The notes under the pieces were generated by a model. That model did not search any database. It saw only the letters and a list, made by a program, of their open reading frames with translations, and was not told the DNA's origin. A stretch of 64,000 nucleotides of DNA from Schizosaccharomyces osmophilus (Eukaryota), in assembly GCF_027921745.1 (NCBI RefSeq), contig NC_079239.1, forward strand, positions 1,488,001 to 1,552,000. The letters are read 5' to 3'. Below, piece by piece: positions 23,761 through 34,287 of the stretch (positions are counted from its first letter, which is position 1; each line of letters starts with the position of its first letter). The position numbers and the translations under genes are program-made.

Positions 23761-25029
23761 ATGAGTTTTGGGTACGAGCGTAACATCAATGAGGATCATG
23801 AAGCTGAAGAGTTTTTAAGATAGTGAGTGCTTCCTAAATCTACTTTAAAAGCTGCTAACGCCGTTTGTATAGTATCCCGACTCTGGCGAAACCTTTAGAA
23901 ACTCCCGAGTTTTTAGAAGCGGATAAATCAATAATTCGTACAGGATCAGATATGGACAGTAACTCCGACAAGTCTTCTTTTATTTTTTGTGATGACTCGC
24001 TCCAGATAGAAAATCACGTTTACGATCCTTCCCGTTTGGATTTAGAAGACGATTCCTCTCTTGCAGATATATCAACATGTTCAGCGAATTCTTCGTATCC
24101 TACTTCTCCAGTGAAAAGAGATTTTTTTGCAATGGAATCCGAGTCCATAATGGACCGTATAAGTAAAAGCAACGCAGCTGATAAAGTGACAAGCTATACC
24201 AAAAGACAGTTCAAGCGAAATCGTGAATCGCTAGCCAAGCAATTCCTTCATATTCTAGATAGTGAAGTTTTTCAAGGAAAACTTTCCGAATATGTCCTTA
24301 ATAATGAAATTTTGGTAACGTGGTCAAAGTCTTTCAGTACTACTGCAGGAAGAGCTACTTTAAAACGGCCACGATCGAAAAGCCATCTAATTCAGCACGT
24401 TCAGGCCTACATTGAGCTTTCAGAAAAAGTTGTTGATTGTGATTATAGACTGTATAACACCTTGGCTCATGAGTCGTGTCATTTGGCTTGCTGGTTAATT
24501 GACAGGGAAATGCAATCCCCTCATGGAGCATGTTTCAAAGGTTGGTAAGTCATTTCCTATACCTAAAGATTTTCAACTAACTAAATGGTGTACTAGGGCG
24601 AAACGTCTAATGAACAAATTCCCGTCAATTGAAGTAACTTCAAAGCATAATTACGATATTGATTATAAATACAAATGGCTTTGTATGAATGAAGCTTGCA
24701 ACAAGCTTTACCAAAGGCACTCTAAGTCGATTGATCCCAAGAGACACATTTGTGCACTTTGTACTAGTCGACTCGTTCAAATTGCTCCAGTAACTAGGCT
24801 GCTTAACCCTTTCCAGCTATTTATGAAGGAGAACATGGCAAGCATAAAGCGACAGTATCCTACTCTGTCACACAAAGAATTGATGACTAAAGTCGCTCTA
24901 GAATATCGCCATGCTATATCAACACAATCCCAGAAGTCAAACTCTACTGGTTTCCTTAATGTAATGCAAGAACTTGATGATTTATCGCTAAAACATAAAC
25001 AGGATTTGATGAAACATGCTAGCATTTAA
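23761..25029 (+). CDS. GCNA-like protein (acidic disordered N-terminus, SprT protease, C4 zinc finger, HMG box); exons 23761-23822, 23873-24544, 24597-25029
   Basis: WSKSFSTTAG, LAHESCH (HExxH), HG.CF..W, YKWLC...C..HSKSID..CALC, NPFQLFMKEN..LSHKELM. Confidence 0.88.
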
Positions 25030-25276
25030 TTTCATAACACTTAATTAATCTATTTCATTCCTCTCTCGTCTTAACACTTGGCTTACTTGCTTTATTTTTT
25101 TTTTATTCAACTATCATCTCAAATGCTTTCTGTTTTATCAGAAATATAAACTATTTTATTATTAGATTGTAAAATTAATAGAACAAATCTGTAGAGATAT
25201 TTTTCTAAACTATTGTGTCCAGATGTAATACCTTAAAGAGGAGGAAGAAAGAAGAAAATTGCAGAATAAAACATGC

Positions 25277-28200
25277 TTAAACTGAAGAATTCTTCTTTGT
25301 TGATGGCATGATACGAATGGACGGCTGGATCATATTAAACTGATCATATGAAACTCCGGCGGCAGAGTTACCAAATACAAAGGGTAAAATTAGGAGAAGG
25401 AAAAAGATAACAAATAAGGTAAAGTACAGGGTGGCATATCGGAACACGATCTGTCGACGTAACTTGTTTTGTCTAATAGTGTAAACAGGAGGACGAATTT
25501 GTCTGCTGGGACGGAGCCAGAAAAGAATAATGGAATGAAATTTATCAATGTACGGAATCAAAATGATGGGACAATGAAGGAAGAGCAACAGATGGCTGAG
25601 CAAAAAGTCTCCAGCAAACATGTTAATTTCAGTAGTCTTACATACGAATTCTCTCCAGGGCTGAGTAAGCACCATGTACCCGAATCCTTGTCCGTTCCAT
25701 AAACCTGACCACCACGCTAGGTTAGCACCATCATGACGGAATTCTCTAGATAAGAAGCAAATAATCAATAACTTATGAGCAAAACGATGAATGGAAGTAA
25801 TAGCAATAAATCCAAGCAACGTTATACTAAAAGTCCATCCTTCTAAATATCCAAGAACCTCAAAGACAATAATATCTACGAAAACGAAAAGGATATGTGC
25901 AGCTGCAGCCATGTAAATTCCTACCTTTCTCGCTTTACCACCAACCAGTGGGCGTAACACGATACCAAGACAGAAGAAGAGAATGGCAATACCACCACTA
26001 AGGACAAGAGGAATTAGAGACATAATAATTAATCGAATAAAAGCATTAGTTCTCTTTGATATATCTTCGTTACCCGGTTGAGAATTTGCAAACAAGAATG
26101 GAATGCAGGTGAAGAATAAGGTACCCAAAGGACCCAGAATCTCCCCATAAAACATTGTTGTAATGCGAGCGCGAGGAGAATCCATGGAGATTTTGTCGGC
26201 CTTCTTACCATAAATTTTACGCTTATATCCCGTAACACGAGTTCGTGAGAGCTGGCAATTCCCAATCCAAGAATTAGAATGGTTGCGAGAATTTTCGCGG
26301 AATGTCCAACGAATAAACTCTCGATAATCGACAAAGAAGTCTGTCCAAGAGAATTGGTGGGGATTATACAAGAATGGACTGACACAAAGAGCAACTAGAG
26401 TAATCCAGAAATAGATATAATGAGGCAACCAAGCGGTGATAGATCCGTAAAGTAGCATAAACATGAGTCTCGAACCAAAGTATAGTGAAGGACCACTAAA
26501 ACGTGAATATAACAAAGCAAATGGTACACGAACGGTAGCAAAACCTCTGCTAGTACCAATGTATCGAGCTCCACCAAACGACAGGTTAGCAATTAAACTT
26601 TGAGCGTAAATCTGGCAAGTAAAAATTTCAAAAATAGGTGACAAAGAGAAGATCTGTTTGAATACACGGATTACCATTCTGAGCGCACCACGTTCATTCA
26701 GTTCACAAACAGCTAAGGGGACGAATGCAATACCGAAGACAATGAAGATGGACAAAATACAGCGTTTAAGCCATTCCAAAACGGGTTGAAGTTGATAGCA
26801 ACCCCTTGGAGAAAGAGGAGCAGTGACTGGATCAAACTGGCGGTAATTACAGACAGGCACTACACTGAACATCGCACCAAGGTTGATAATGACGAGCATA
26901 AGTAGTTGCAAAGAAAACATAATGACCATGTTATTAACATGGAAACCTGCGTGTGCATAGAAGAAAGACAAAAATCTGTCGAAAGGCAATTGAGTACCCA
27001 AGTGGAAGTATTCACGAGAAAGCATTTGTTCAGCCATACCAGTACCAATCTTTGTAGTAAAGTTCAGAATAGATCCAAATCCTAAATCACGGCCTTTACC
27101 GCATTGATAATAATCAGAATGCTTAATTCTACCACCTCTCTGTAAAGCGGTCATACCGGCATAAATATCCTCGTTGACGTGTAACCCTTTCTGTGCTTTG
27201 GATACACCACCTCGGGTTGTCATAAACAATACGTTGATAAAATCGGGATGGCCATAATGCAACTTACCTCCGATTAGAGATAAAATTCGAGCAAACATAG
27301 TACCAAAACATTGTTCTTTGGCAGCAGCAACATCACCAAGCATACCCGTATTTTCCGAGAAAATATATTCTCGAGCGCCAAGGATGGCTACTGGATGATT
27401 TGTTGCAGATTTGGCATTCACAGAATAAGGATTATGCAGAGGAGGGGTAAACTGCTCAAATTCAGCAAGAATATTTCTGATTTTAAGGCATTCTTCCAAG
27501 TAATTATCCTGGTTTGCATCAACCATTTGAACATATTCACCTCGGATATAAGGAATCGACATGTTTTGATTATCAGATTTACCATCACCGAGAATTGGAT
27601 TACCAGACAACCGAATGCGATATTTAGGACGTCGTTTACCGTTCTCCATAATAGGACAGTGACCGTCAATTAACACAGAGTAAATACCTCTTTCTTCAGC
27701 AGGGCGAGTAGCTGCATCTTCATCCATATAAGCAATTTGAAGATCAGGATACGCTCTGAGTAAAAATTCGGCATTTTCTGATTCTTCTTTGGTAAACTTG
27801 GCATAGCGTTGCATGGAAACACAGAATCTAAACTTTCTATTGGCCATCACATCTAATTCTTCGTCTAATCGAGCAGGATCACCATTAGTCCATTCAACGA
27901 GTTCAGGGCATTCAGTACGGTATAAGAGTTTAAGTGCTCTGCTGTAGTTACTAAATCCATTGATCGTACGATAAAGGGTTTGAGTACGTAAAGAGGCCCA
28001 GATTCTCGTTCGCAAAGTGTACTCAGGTGTAGCGGACTTGAAACCAATGCAGTAAAATGGAAGATCATAAGCTTTAGCCTGCAAGTCATTCTTTTCACCA
28101 TCCACGGTTGAATCTACTGATTCACTTTCATCAGCAAGCAGCTTAGTGTCATCAACAAAATTCTTCCATTCAATTGGATATAATTGTTTTAAGTATTCCA

Positions 28201-30472
28201 GAAGGGTTACACGAGAAAGCTGATCTTCTTCACGGATAATTTCACGTAATGACAGCAAGATCTTTTCGGAATAATGAGGCACTAAGACAGTAAACGTAGG
28301 CATAGCATCCACAGAGCAATGCTTAGGAATGGACTCAGCCAATGATTGAGCAAAAAAGGAAATTCTTCTAGCTGCCTCGGAATTTGCGGGGAAAAGATCT
28401 TGTTTATAGTGCTTCACTTGCTGAGAGTAAAAAAAATTCGGTGCACGAAGCGTGTGATATCCAGCCTTTTCAGAAGGTACTTGATGATATAATAACTCCT
28501 GAATTTGATCTCGAGAAATCAAGTGTTCCCTGTACATAGAGATAATAATTGCATTCCATACCTGGGAAACTAATACCTTAGGTTTAAACGAAATTTCCAT
28601 ATCATCAGTATGAAGAAGTTTAGTATAAATTCTTCGCGGAACACGGTAAAAAAGCTCGCGCCATGGAGTCCACACACTAATGCCCAAGTAGAAAGCATAA
28701 CCCAAGGAATAAATGGTACTAATCAAAATATACCATAGGTAAGTATCCAAAAAGAACAATGACAAATCAGTAAGATACAGCAAACTAAGCAGTATTTTTG
28801 GTTGAGCTCTGCAAAGGCCGGCCCCCAAAATGTAATCACCACAATCATAAGGACGCATGGCACCTAAGTAACGAATTGAATCTGAGAGATTGAGTGCAAG
28901 GAAGAAATATGATTCACAATACTTAGCAACCAAAACCGTAATCCATAAGCACCAGGAAACGATAGCACCGCCTTTAGAGGTTGGGGTAAAATTAGACGTA
29001 AAATAACGATTCGCTAAATCATGGCCGGAACTTTTTGTCGTGAATCCCACAAGATTTCTCAAAGGTGTAACAGCAAAGTAGACAACACAAACCAATGAAA
29101 AAAAGAAATGCACGATGCCAACCACCAAACGAGAAATGTAAGTCTGTTGATGTTCAGTTGAAGCAAAGATAAACACAGTTGGAGCTATGTTAAGTAATAG
29201 TGCGGTCAAAAGCATCAAAAAGCTTGGCCATAGAGGTCTAGCACAATGATAGCGTCTTGGAACATGAAGGTATTCAAAAGTAACGGCGAGGAGAGTAATG
29301 AAAGAGGCAATCGCACCTGCTAAACCACAAGCAGTCCAGCGACAAGACGCAGGAGGCTTATTGTTTATTCGTATGTGATACTGGGAAGTATACAAATTCG
29401 AAGAATTGTAAGCAGAATAGTACCAATAGGCAGCAATATGCATAACCCAAATTCGAGAAAAGTTTGTGATATTGTGAAACCATGAGCGATATTCATAGTA
29501 CGTCTTGTAAAAACAAGATTTCCATTCAACATTACCTAAATGGCGGTAGCGCATAAAAGGAGGTAGATCTAACAAAGGAGTCTTATCGGTACACTTTATT
29601 TCCTCAAGGCCTTTGTAAGACCAAAAGAACTGGTTAATGTCGTCATAACCAATATTGCTGGCATGATCTCGTTCGCGGCGCACATATTTACCATCCAGAA
29701 CTTCAAATAGCTGGGCATGGAAGAAACGATAGACGGGAGTAATTACAGAGTCCAAAAAATATTCTTTGGGTAAAGCCGAATCCAAATCTCGGGCTTCAGA
29801 TGAGATATAATAATCATAGGCGCATTTATAGATGAAGCAAAGACACTCAGGCATAAACCGGATATTATTGGCCTCACCCCAGCATAAAAAGTATAAGCAA
29901 AGCTGGACCATCATTCGATGGGGAGAAAAACCGCCCATTTGATCTCTCCAGGCTTGTTCGGCCTCTTTTAAGGTCATTTTTTCGACGATCGGGGATGACA
30001 TATCATGGAAACCGATGGCATGGCCATCATTAAAATGTGAAGCAAAATACCACTTTGCGAAATTGGCATGGATACCACCAATAACATCTGCGTGAAGAGT
30101 AAGAAGCGCTTGAGAAGGAGACATACGCGAGGCACGAGAATCAAGTAAAACCATGACATAATCGAATATGTTGCGCATATTATCCTTCTGGAAGCCCAGT
30201 TTGTTTGTAAGATCAAGTAAAATTTCTTGAACACCCTCCATAGTTACCGGGGGTTCTTCAGCATTCTGGTTCCATGAAGGATAAGCGACAGGACTAGTGT
30301 CGACGTTAAAGGAGCTACTATCATAATCAGACTGAAGGTCATCATGAACAGATGGATCATCATAAATCAAACGCTGCAAAGAATTTATGGAATCATCATT
30401 TTCGGAAGTGTAACTCGTGGCATCATCTTCGAAAAGGCCACGGCCTTCTTGCTCACGCCAATACTGATCCAT
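25277..30472 (-). CDS. bgs1: 1,3-beta-glucan synthase catalytic subunit
   Basis: 1731 aa FKS family: CWGEANNIRF, EAARRISFFAQSL, LGDGKSDNQN, HYGHPD, NEDIYAG, KIGTGMAEQ. N-terminus MDQYWREQEGRG and synteny point to bgs1/cps1. Confidence 0.93.
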   Translation of the reverse strand: MDQYWREQEGRGLFEDDATSYTSENDDSINSLQRLIYDDPSVHDDLQSDYDSSSFNVDTSPVAYPSWNQNAEEPPVTMEGVQEILLDLTNKLGFQKDNMRNIFDYVMVLLDSRASRMSPSQALLTLHADVIGGIHANFAKWYFASHFNDGHAIGFHDMSSPIVEKMTLKEAEQAWRDQMGGFSPHRMMVQLCLYFLCWGEANNIRFMPECLCFIYKCAYDYYISSEARDLDSALPKEYFLDSVITPVYRFFHAQLFEVLDGKYVRRERDHASNIGYDDINQFFWSYKGLEEIKCTDKTPLLDLPPFMRYRHLGNVEWKSCFYKTYYEYRSWFHNITNFSRIWVMHIAAYWYYSAYNSSNLYTSQYHIRINNKPPASCRWTACGLAGAIASFITLLAVTFEYLHVPRRYHCARPLWPSFLMLLTALLLNIAPTVFIFASTEHQQTYISRLVVGIVHFFFSLVCVVYFAVTPLRNLVGFTTKSSGHDLANRYFTSNFTPTSKGGAIVSWCLWITVLVAKYCESYFFLALNLSDSIRYLGAMRPYDCGDYILGAGLCRAQPKILLSLLYLTDLSLFFLDTYLWYILISTIYSLGYAFYLGISVWTPWRELFYRVPRRIYTKLLHTDDMEISFKPKVLVSQVWNAIIISMYREHLISRDQIQELLYHQVPSEKAGYHTLRAPNFFYSQQVKHYKQDLFPANSEAARRISFFAQSLAESIPKHCSVDAMPTFTVLVPHYSEKILLSLREIIREEDQLSRVTLLEYLKQLYPIEWKNFVDDTKLLADESESVDSTVDGEKNDLQAKAYDLPFYCIGFKSATPEYTLRTRIWASLRTQTLYRTINGFSNYSRALKLLYRTECPELVEWTNGDPARLDEELDVMANRKFRFCVSMQRYAKFTKEESENAEFLLRAYPDLQIAYMDEDAATRPAEERGIYSVLIDGHCPIMENGKRRPKYRIRLSGNPILGDGKSDNQNMSIPYIRGEYVQMVDANQDNYLEECLKIRNILAEFEQFTPPLHNPYSVNAKSATNHPVAILGAREYIFSENTGMLGDVAAAKEQCFGTMFARILSLIGGKLHYGHPDFINVLFMTTRGGVSKAQKGLHVNEDIYAGMTALQRGGRIKHSDYYQCGKGRDLGFGSILNFTTKIGTGMAEQMLSREYFHLGTQLPFDRFLSFFYAHAGFHVNNMVIMFSLQLLMLVIINLGAMFSVVPVCNYRQFDPVTAPLSPRGCYQLQPVLEWLKRCILSIFIVFGIAFVPLAVCELNERGALRMVIRVFKQIFSLSPIFEIFTCQIYAQSLIANLSFGGARYIGTSRGFATVRVPFALLYSRFSGPSLYFGSRLMFMLLYGSITAWLPHYIYFWITLVALCVSPFLYNPHQFSWTDFFVDYREFIRWTFRENSRNHSNSWIGNCQLSRTRVTGYKRKIYGKKADKISMDSPRARITTMFYGEILGPLGTLFFTCIPFLFANSQPGNEDISKRTNAFIRLIIMSLIPLVLSGGIAILFFCLGIVLRPLVGGKARKVGIYMAAAAHILFVFVDIIVFEVLGYLEGWTFSITLLGFIAITSIHRFAHKLLIICFLSREFRHDGANLAWWSGLWNGQGFGYMVLTQPWREFVCKTTEINMFAGDFLLSHLLLFLHCPIILIPYIDKFHSIILFWLRPSRQIRPPVYTIRQNKLRRQIVFRYATLYFTLFVIFFLLLILPFVFGNSAAGVSYDQFNMIQPSIRIMPSTKKNSSV

Positions 30473-31498
30473 TGATAAATGTTGTAAAAATGTACAAAAG
30501 AGGGAAAAGAAATGATAACGATAGACCGTTAACTAAATGAAAAAAAAAGAAAGAAAGAATAAAGAGAAAAGAGTCTCAATATGAAAGGAAATGTTCTCTA
30601 GAAAATAGCTGTAACCATACACTGTATGATTTCTTAGATACTAAAGTATGACCAAGAACAACTATACGATTGAAAAAGGTAAAATGATAAATAATTTCCA
30701 AAGTACCGTGGACGATGCCGCAATGCAAGATTTATCTTAACTTTCGATGCTGAATTGGATGCAAATTAAAAAGATAGATGCTTTTATGCAATATAAACTT
30801 CGCGAGCGTCAAGCAATTTATGTTTTTTTCTCAAAACGAAAAGGTTTTCAGCATATGCCTTTGTCGCACTCAAAGCTTAGAAAGGATAGAAAAAATAAAA
30901 AAAAGATCGAGTCTGGGATAAATAGAAAAGAACGACCTTTAAAAAAGGAATGAAACACTCCGTAAATTACTTCAAGCTGTATTATAAAAATCAATAAGCT
31001 GAATGAAAGAAATGGATGAGGGTTCGTTCCTCTTTCTCTTCTCTAAGCTGGAGAAAGGAAAACCGCGTTATTTCACTAAAGGAGAAGATAAACCTGTCTG
31101 TAAGTAGAATACAGACGTTTTTAAATTTATCTATTCCCTCAAATCCACGAAATACGGACCAAAATCACTCTCCAAAATACAAAAACTCGAAAAGAAGCAA
31201 GGACCGGATGTTGTGCAATAACAATTCTATAGATGACTTGAAGTCCTTTATATTATGGTTGGACTATCAAGAAATCAACAAAATCAATGTTTCTTGCCAA
31301 CAACTACCAGATTCTTAGTTTGTTGTTTGCAGGTTCCTTAATCCGGGTTTATCCTGATTAAGCCAACCTCCACTGGGAAGGGTAATGCAGATTCTTTGTT
31401 AAATTGAAGCCATACTAGTCAGGCTTAGAACAAGCTGGGGTCGTAATTCGGTTAAGCATCCGAGCGAATGAGAACGCAACATCTATAGACAGCGTCAT

Positions 31499-31527
31499 GT
31501 AAATAAACAGTATTGTAAACAAACAAA
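31499..31527 (+). promoter_or_regulatory. Tandem forkhead sites GTAAATAAACA and GTAAACAAACAAA
   Basis: Exact matches at 31499-31509 and 31515-31527 in the bgs1/mbx1 divergent region. Confidence 0.65.
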
Positions 31528-32833
31528 GGATAGCAATACTATTTTTTTTCTTTTTTAATTACAAAAATCAATAGAAAATTTAAAAAAACATAGTTTTACT
31601 TGCTTAAAAAAATATACTAAGTACTCGTATTTTTCTCTTTTTTTTTTTTTTTTTTCAGTAGACCTTTGTGATGGGTCCAAATAGCTATGTCACATGGATG
31701 AATGTAGATGAATTTTATAAATGTATTCCTTTCGCTTCTAAACAAGACGAAATCATTGATAGCTTGTTCTGTTGAATCAGGTTTCTCTGTATTTAATGGG
31801 GTGCGTTTTCAAATACTTACTATACTACCTTTCTAAAAAAAGCGACTCCATGGGAGGAGCACTAAGGAATTCACAAATTAACACTGTAAATCCTCTTGGT
31901 TAGAAAACGAAGAAAGTGTTCTCTAATCTGCGTCTGTGACACACAATCCACTGCATTTTTATTCTTTTCTTACCATATACACGCCTTGCCTTCTTGCTAC
32001 TAGAGACAATAGCTAAGAAAAATGTGGATTCAATCAATAACCACAGTAATACTAAGCACCACGTAATTTAATTTTAGTGAATGTGTAGGATAGCTTACAG
32101 TTTTTTAGAACCATTTAGCGAATTTACCCAATACTTGCCAATGTTGTAATTACGATAGGCATACTCAATTACTAAAATTAAATTACTGTACGCTGAGGAA
32201 ATTCTTTATTCAATTTTCCAATACACACGTCAGTGATACTAAACAACTGCAAAACATTTGATTTTCGTATATTTTTTGGAAACAAAATCGTACCATTTGA
32301 AAAGTAGCTACTTGTTTTAAGAATTGTTGAATTCCTTTAAGTCTGTTCTATTATCCACGAATTTTGGCTCTTTGAAAAACGACGACTAGCTTTTTGGGAT
32401 TTAAAACAAAACCTCCAAAGGAGTAAGGTCTGTAAATTATTATATTATAGGTTTCATGGGTCAAAATTCTCTTGGTACGGTTTTCCATTTTTAAGTGTTT
32501 TTTTTTTTCTCTCTTTCTTTCAAAGTGTATCAACGGCTTGGAATCTTTCTTTATTTATCAACCTTTTGAGGTTTCGTTTCTGTCTTTTCTTTAATTGTTT
32601 AATTTTTTCAATTGTAGTACTTACTTTTACTTCTGTCACTCTTTTTACTGCTTTATTCTTGCTTTTACAAGAAATCACTCGTTTTTTTGCTTTCTCAGTT
32701 GCTATCTATTACACACTCTTCTTGAATTCGTGCCACGTTTGACAGGTTTTACATTCTTTACCATTCTTTCTTTTCTTCCTCAGCACCGATTGATCTTAAT
32801 CGGGGGGTTTTTTTTTCTTTTACTTTTGATTAT

Positions 32834-34111
32834 ATGAATTTTATGTCGTCTTCTAAAATTCCTTCGACTCCTTCGTCTCCTCGTCGTTCAATTCAGCCCA
32901 TAGCTGATGCGAAAAACAAGTCTCTTACGTTTAACCGCCGCAGATTAGGGCTTTTCAAAAAGGCTTTTGAACTTTCTATACTATGTGATGCCAAAGTCGT
33001 TGTTTTGGTTTATGACACCAAGAATGCCTGCCATGTATACTCATCAGAGGAACCTGAGGAAAAGCGTGATAATTTGTTGCGCAAATTTTTGGATAAAGAT
33101 TTTGTTACAAACGACCCTTTGCGTAACAATACTCCTCAAAATCCCCGTCCGGGTGAAACACCTCCTTCCTGGCAAACTCAGGACGACTATACTGCATCTG
33201 TCACTACATATCGTGCTGAATCGTCTCGCAAGGAATTTGTAGATTCGCCTGTGGATCTTGATAGTCAAGCTTATACTATGAAATCTTCTACCTCGTATCA
33301 TTCTGTCCCCCGGAAAGAGAAACCTAACGGTGATTCTTTACCGCCATTGAATACAAGTTCTAGCTCGTCGTTTGATCTACCCTTTTCTCCTCCATCTAGA
33401 GGATCGCATGTCGATGCTTTACCAAATGACTGGATGAACACTTTTTCGGATCAATCTTCAACCTCCCCGTTACCGAATACGCAAGACATCCTATCTCCTT
33501 CTCCTGCTCTTCAACACAATGGCTCGCTTTCTATGGACTTCGACAATTTCCCACAGTATCCTCCTGTTTCTTCTAGACGTACACTTCATGGCTCACGAAA
33601 TCGCCCTGATTATTCTTCTATAAAACGTACCCAATCGCTGAAAACTAGGCGCACAGCAAAACCAAAAGTCACCCGTATACACACTGCACATCCTAGTATT
33701 GATGGTCACTTCGATTATTTCCGTACCAGTCCTTTATCTTCTGCTTCTACTATAGAAACTCTTCCTAGTAACCCATTTGTACCTCAAGAACCACATTCGC
33801 AAATCACTGAATTCGATAATTTAAATTGTAGGGACAATGATTTAAGCTCTAATCCTTACGCTGATACAATACCTGAAATTTCATTACCGGCAGCTGACGA
33901 CAATTTTGGTCTTCTTAATAATGGTCTAGAAGCTACGAATACTGGAAACACATTCTTTAATTCGCAACCCATCAATGAATCTAATAACGTTGATATCTCT
34001 GATATTGCTTTAATGAAAGCAAATGCCGACTGGCATGCGCTTACCACTTCTCACATTGATTTGGATTTAGAAAATCGCAGCCCGGCTTATTCATTACCAT
34101 CGCCCAAATGA
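32834..34111 (+). CDS. mbx1: MADS-box transcription factor (start could be ATG 32843)
   Basis: IQPI.D.KNK.LTFNRRRLGLFKKAFELSILCDAKV MADS domain with a long S/P-rich tail. Confidence 0.9.
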   Translation: MNFMSSSKIPSTPSSPRRSIQPIADAKNKSLTFNRRRLGLFKKAFELSILCDAKVVVLVYDTKNACHVYSSEEPEEKRDNLLRKFLDKDFVTNDPLRNNTPQNPRPGETPPSWQTQDDYTASVTTYRAESSRKEFVDSPVDLDSQAYTMKSSTSYHSVPRKEKPNGDSLPPLNTSSSSSFDLPFSPPSRGSHVDALPNDWMNTFSDQSSTSPLPNTQDILSPSPALQHNGSLSMDFDNFPQYPPVSSRRTLHGSRNRPDYSSIKRTQSLKTRRTAKPKVTRIHTAHPSIDGHFDYFRTSPLSSASTIETLPSNPFVPQEPHSQITEFDNLNCRDNDLSSNPYADTIPEISLPAADDNFGLLNNGLEATNTGNTFFNSQPINESNNVDISDIALMKANADWHALTTSHIDLDLENRSPAYSLPSPK

Positions 34112-34287
34112 AGTTTTCGTGTTGTTTTTTTCTTTCTGGGGTTATTAAGGTTAAACGCTCGTACTTTTCCTTTCTTTAAGGAAAACGGTGTACTAGAATA
34201 CTTTATTACCAACGTTCGTTACAAGTTCAGAATAAATATTTAAATATTTATTTATTAATATATTAATAAATTGAGCTCTATATATTT

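Noticed and set aside
31016..31318. 100-aa intergenic ORF, and similar short ORFs at 32595, 58193, 61036 and 4743
   Set aside because: Low-complexity K/F/L-rich translations of A/T-rich UTR or promoter DNA; no motifs or codon bias.
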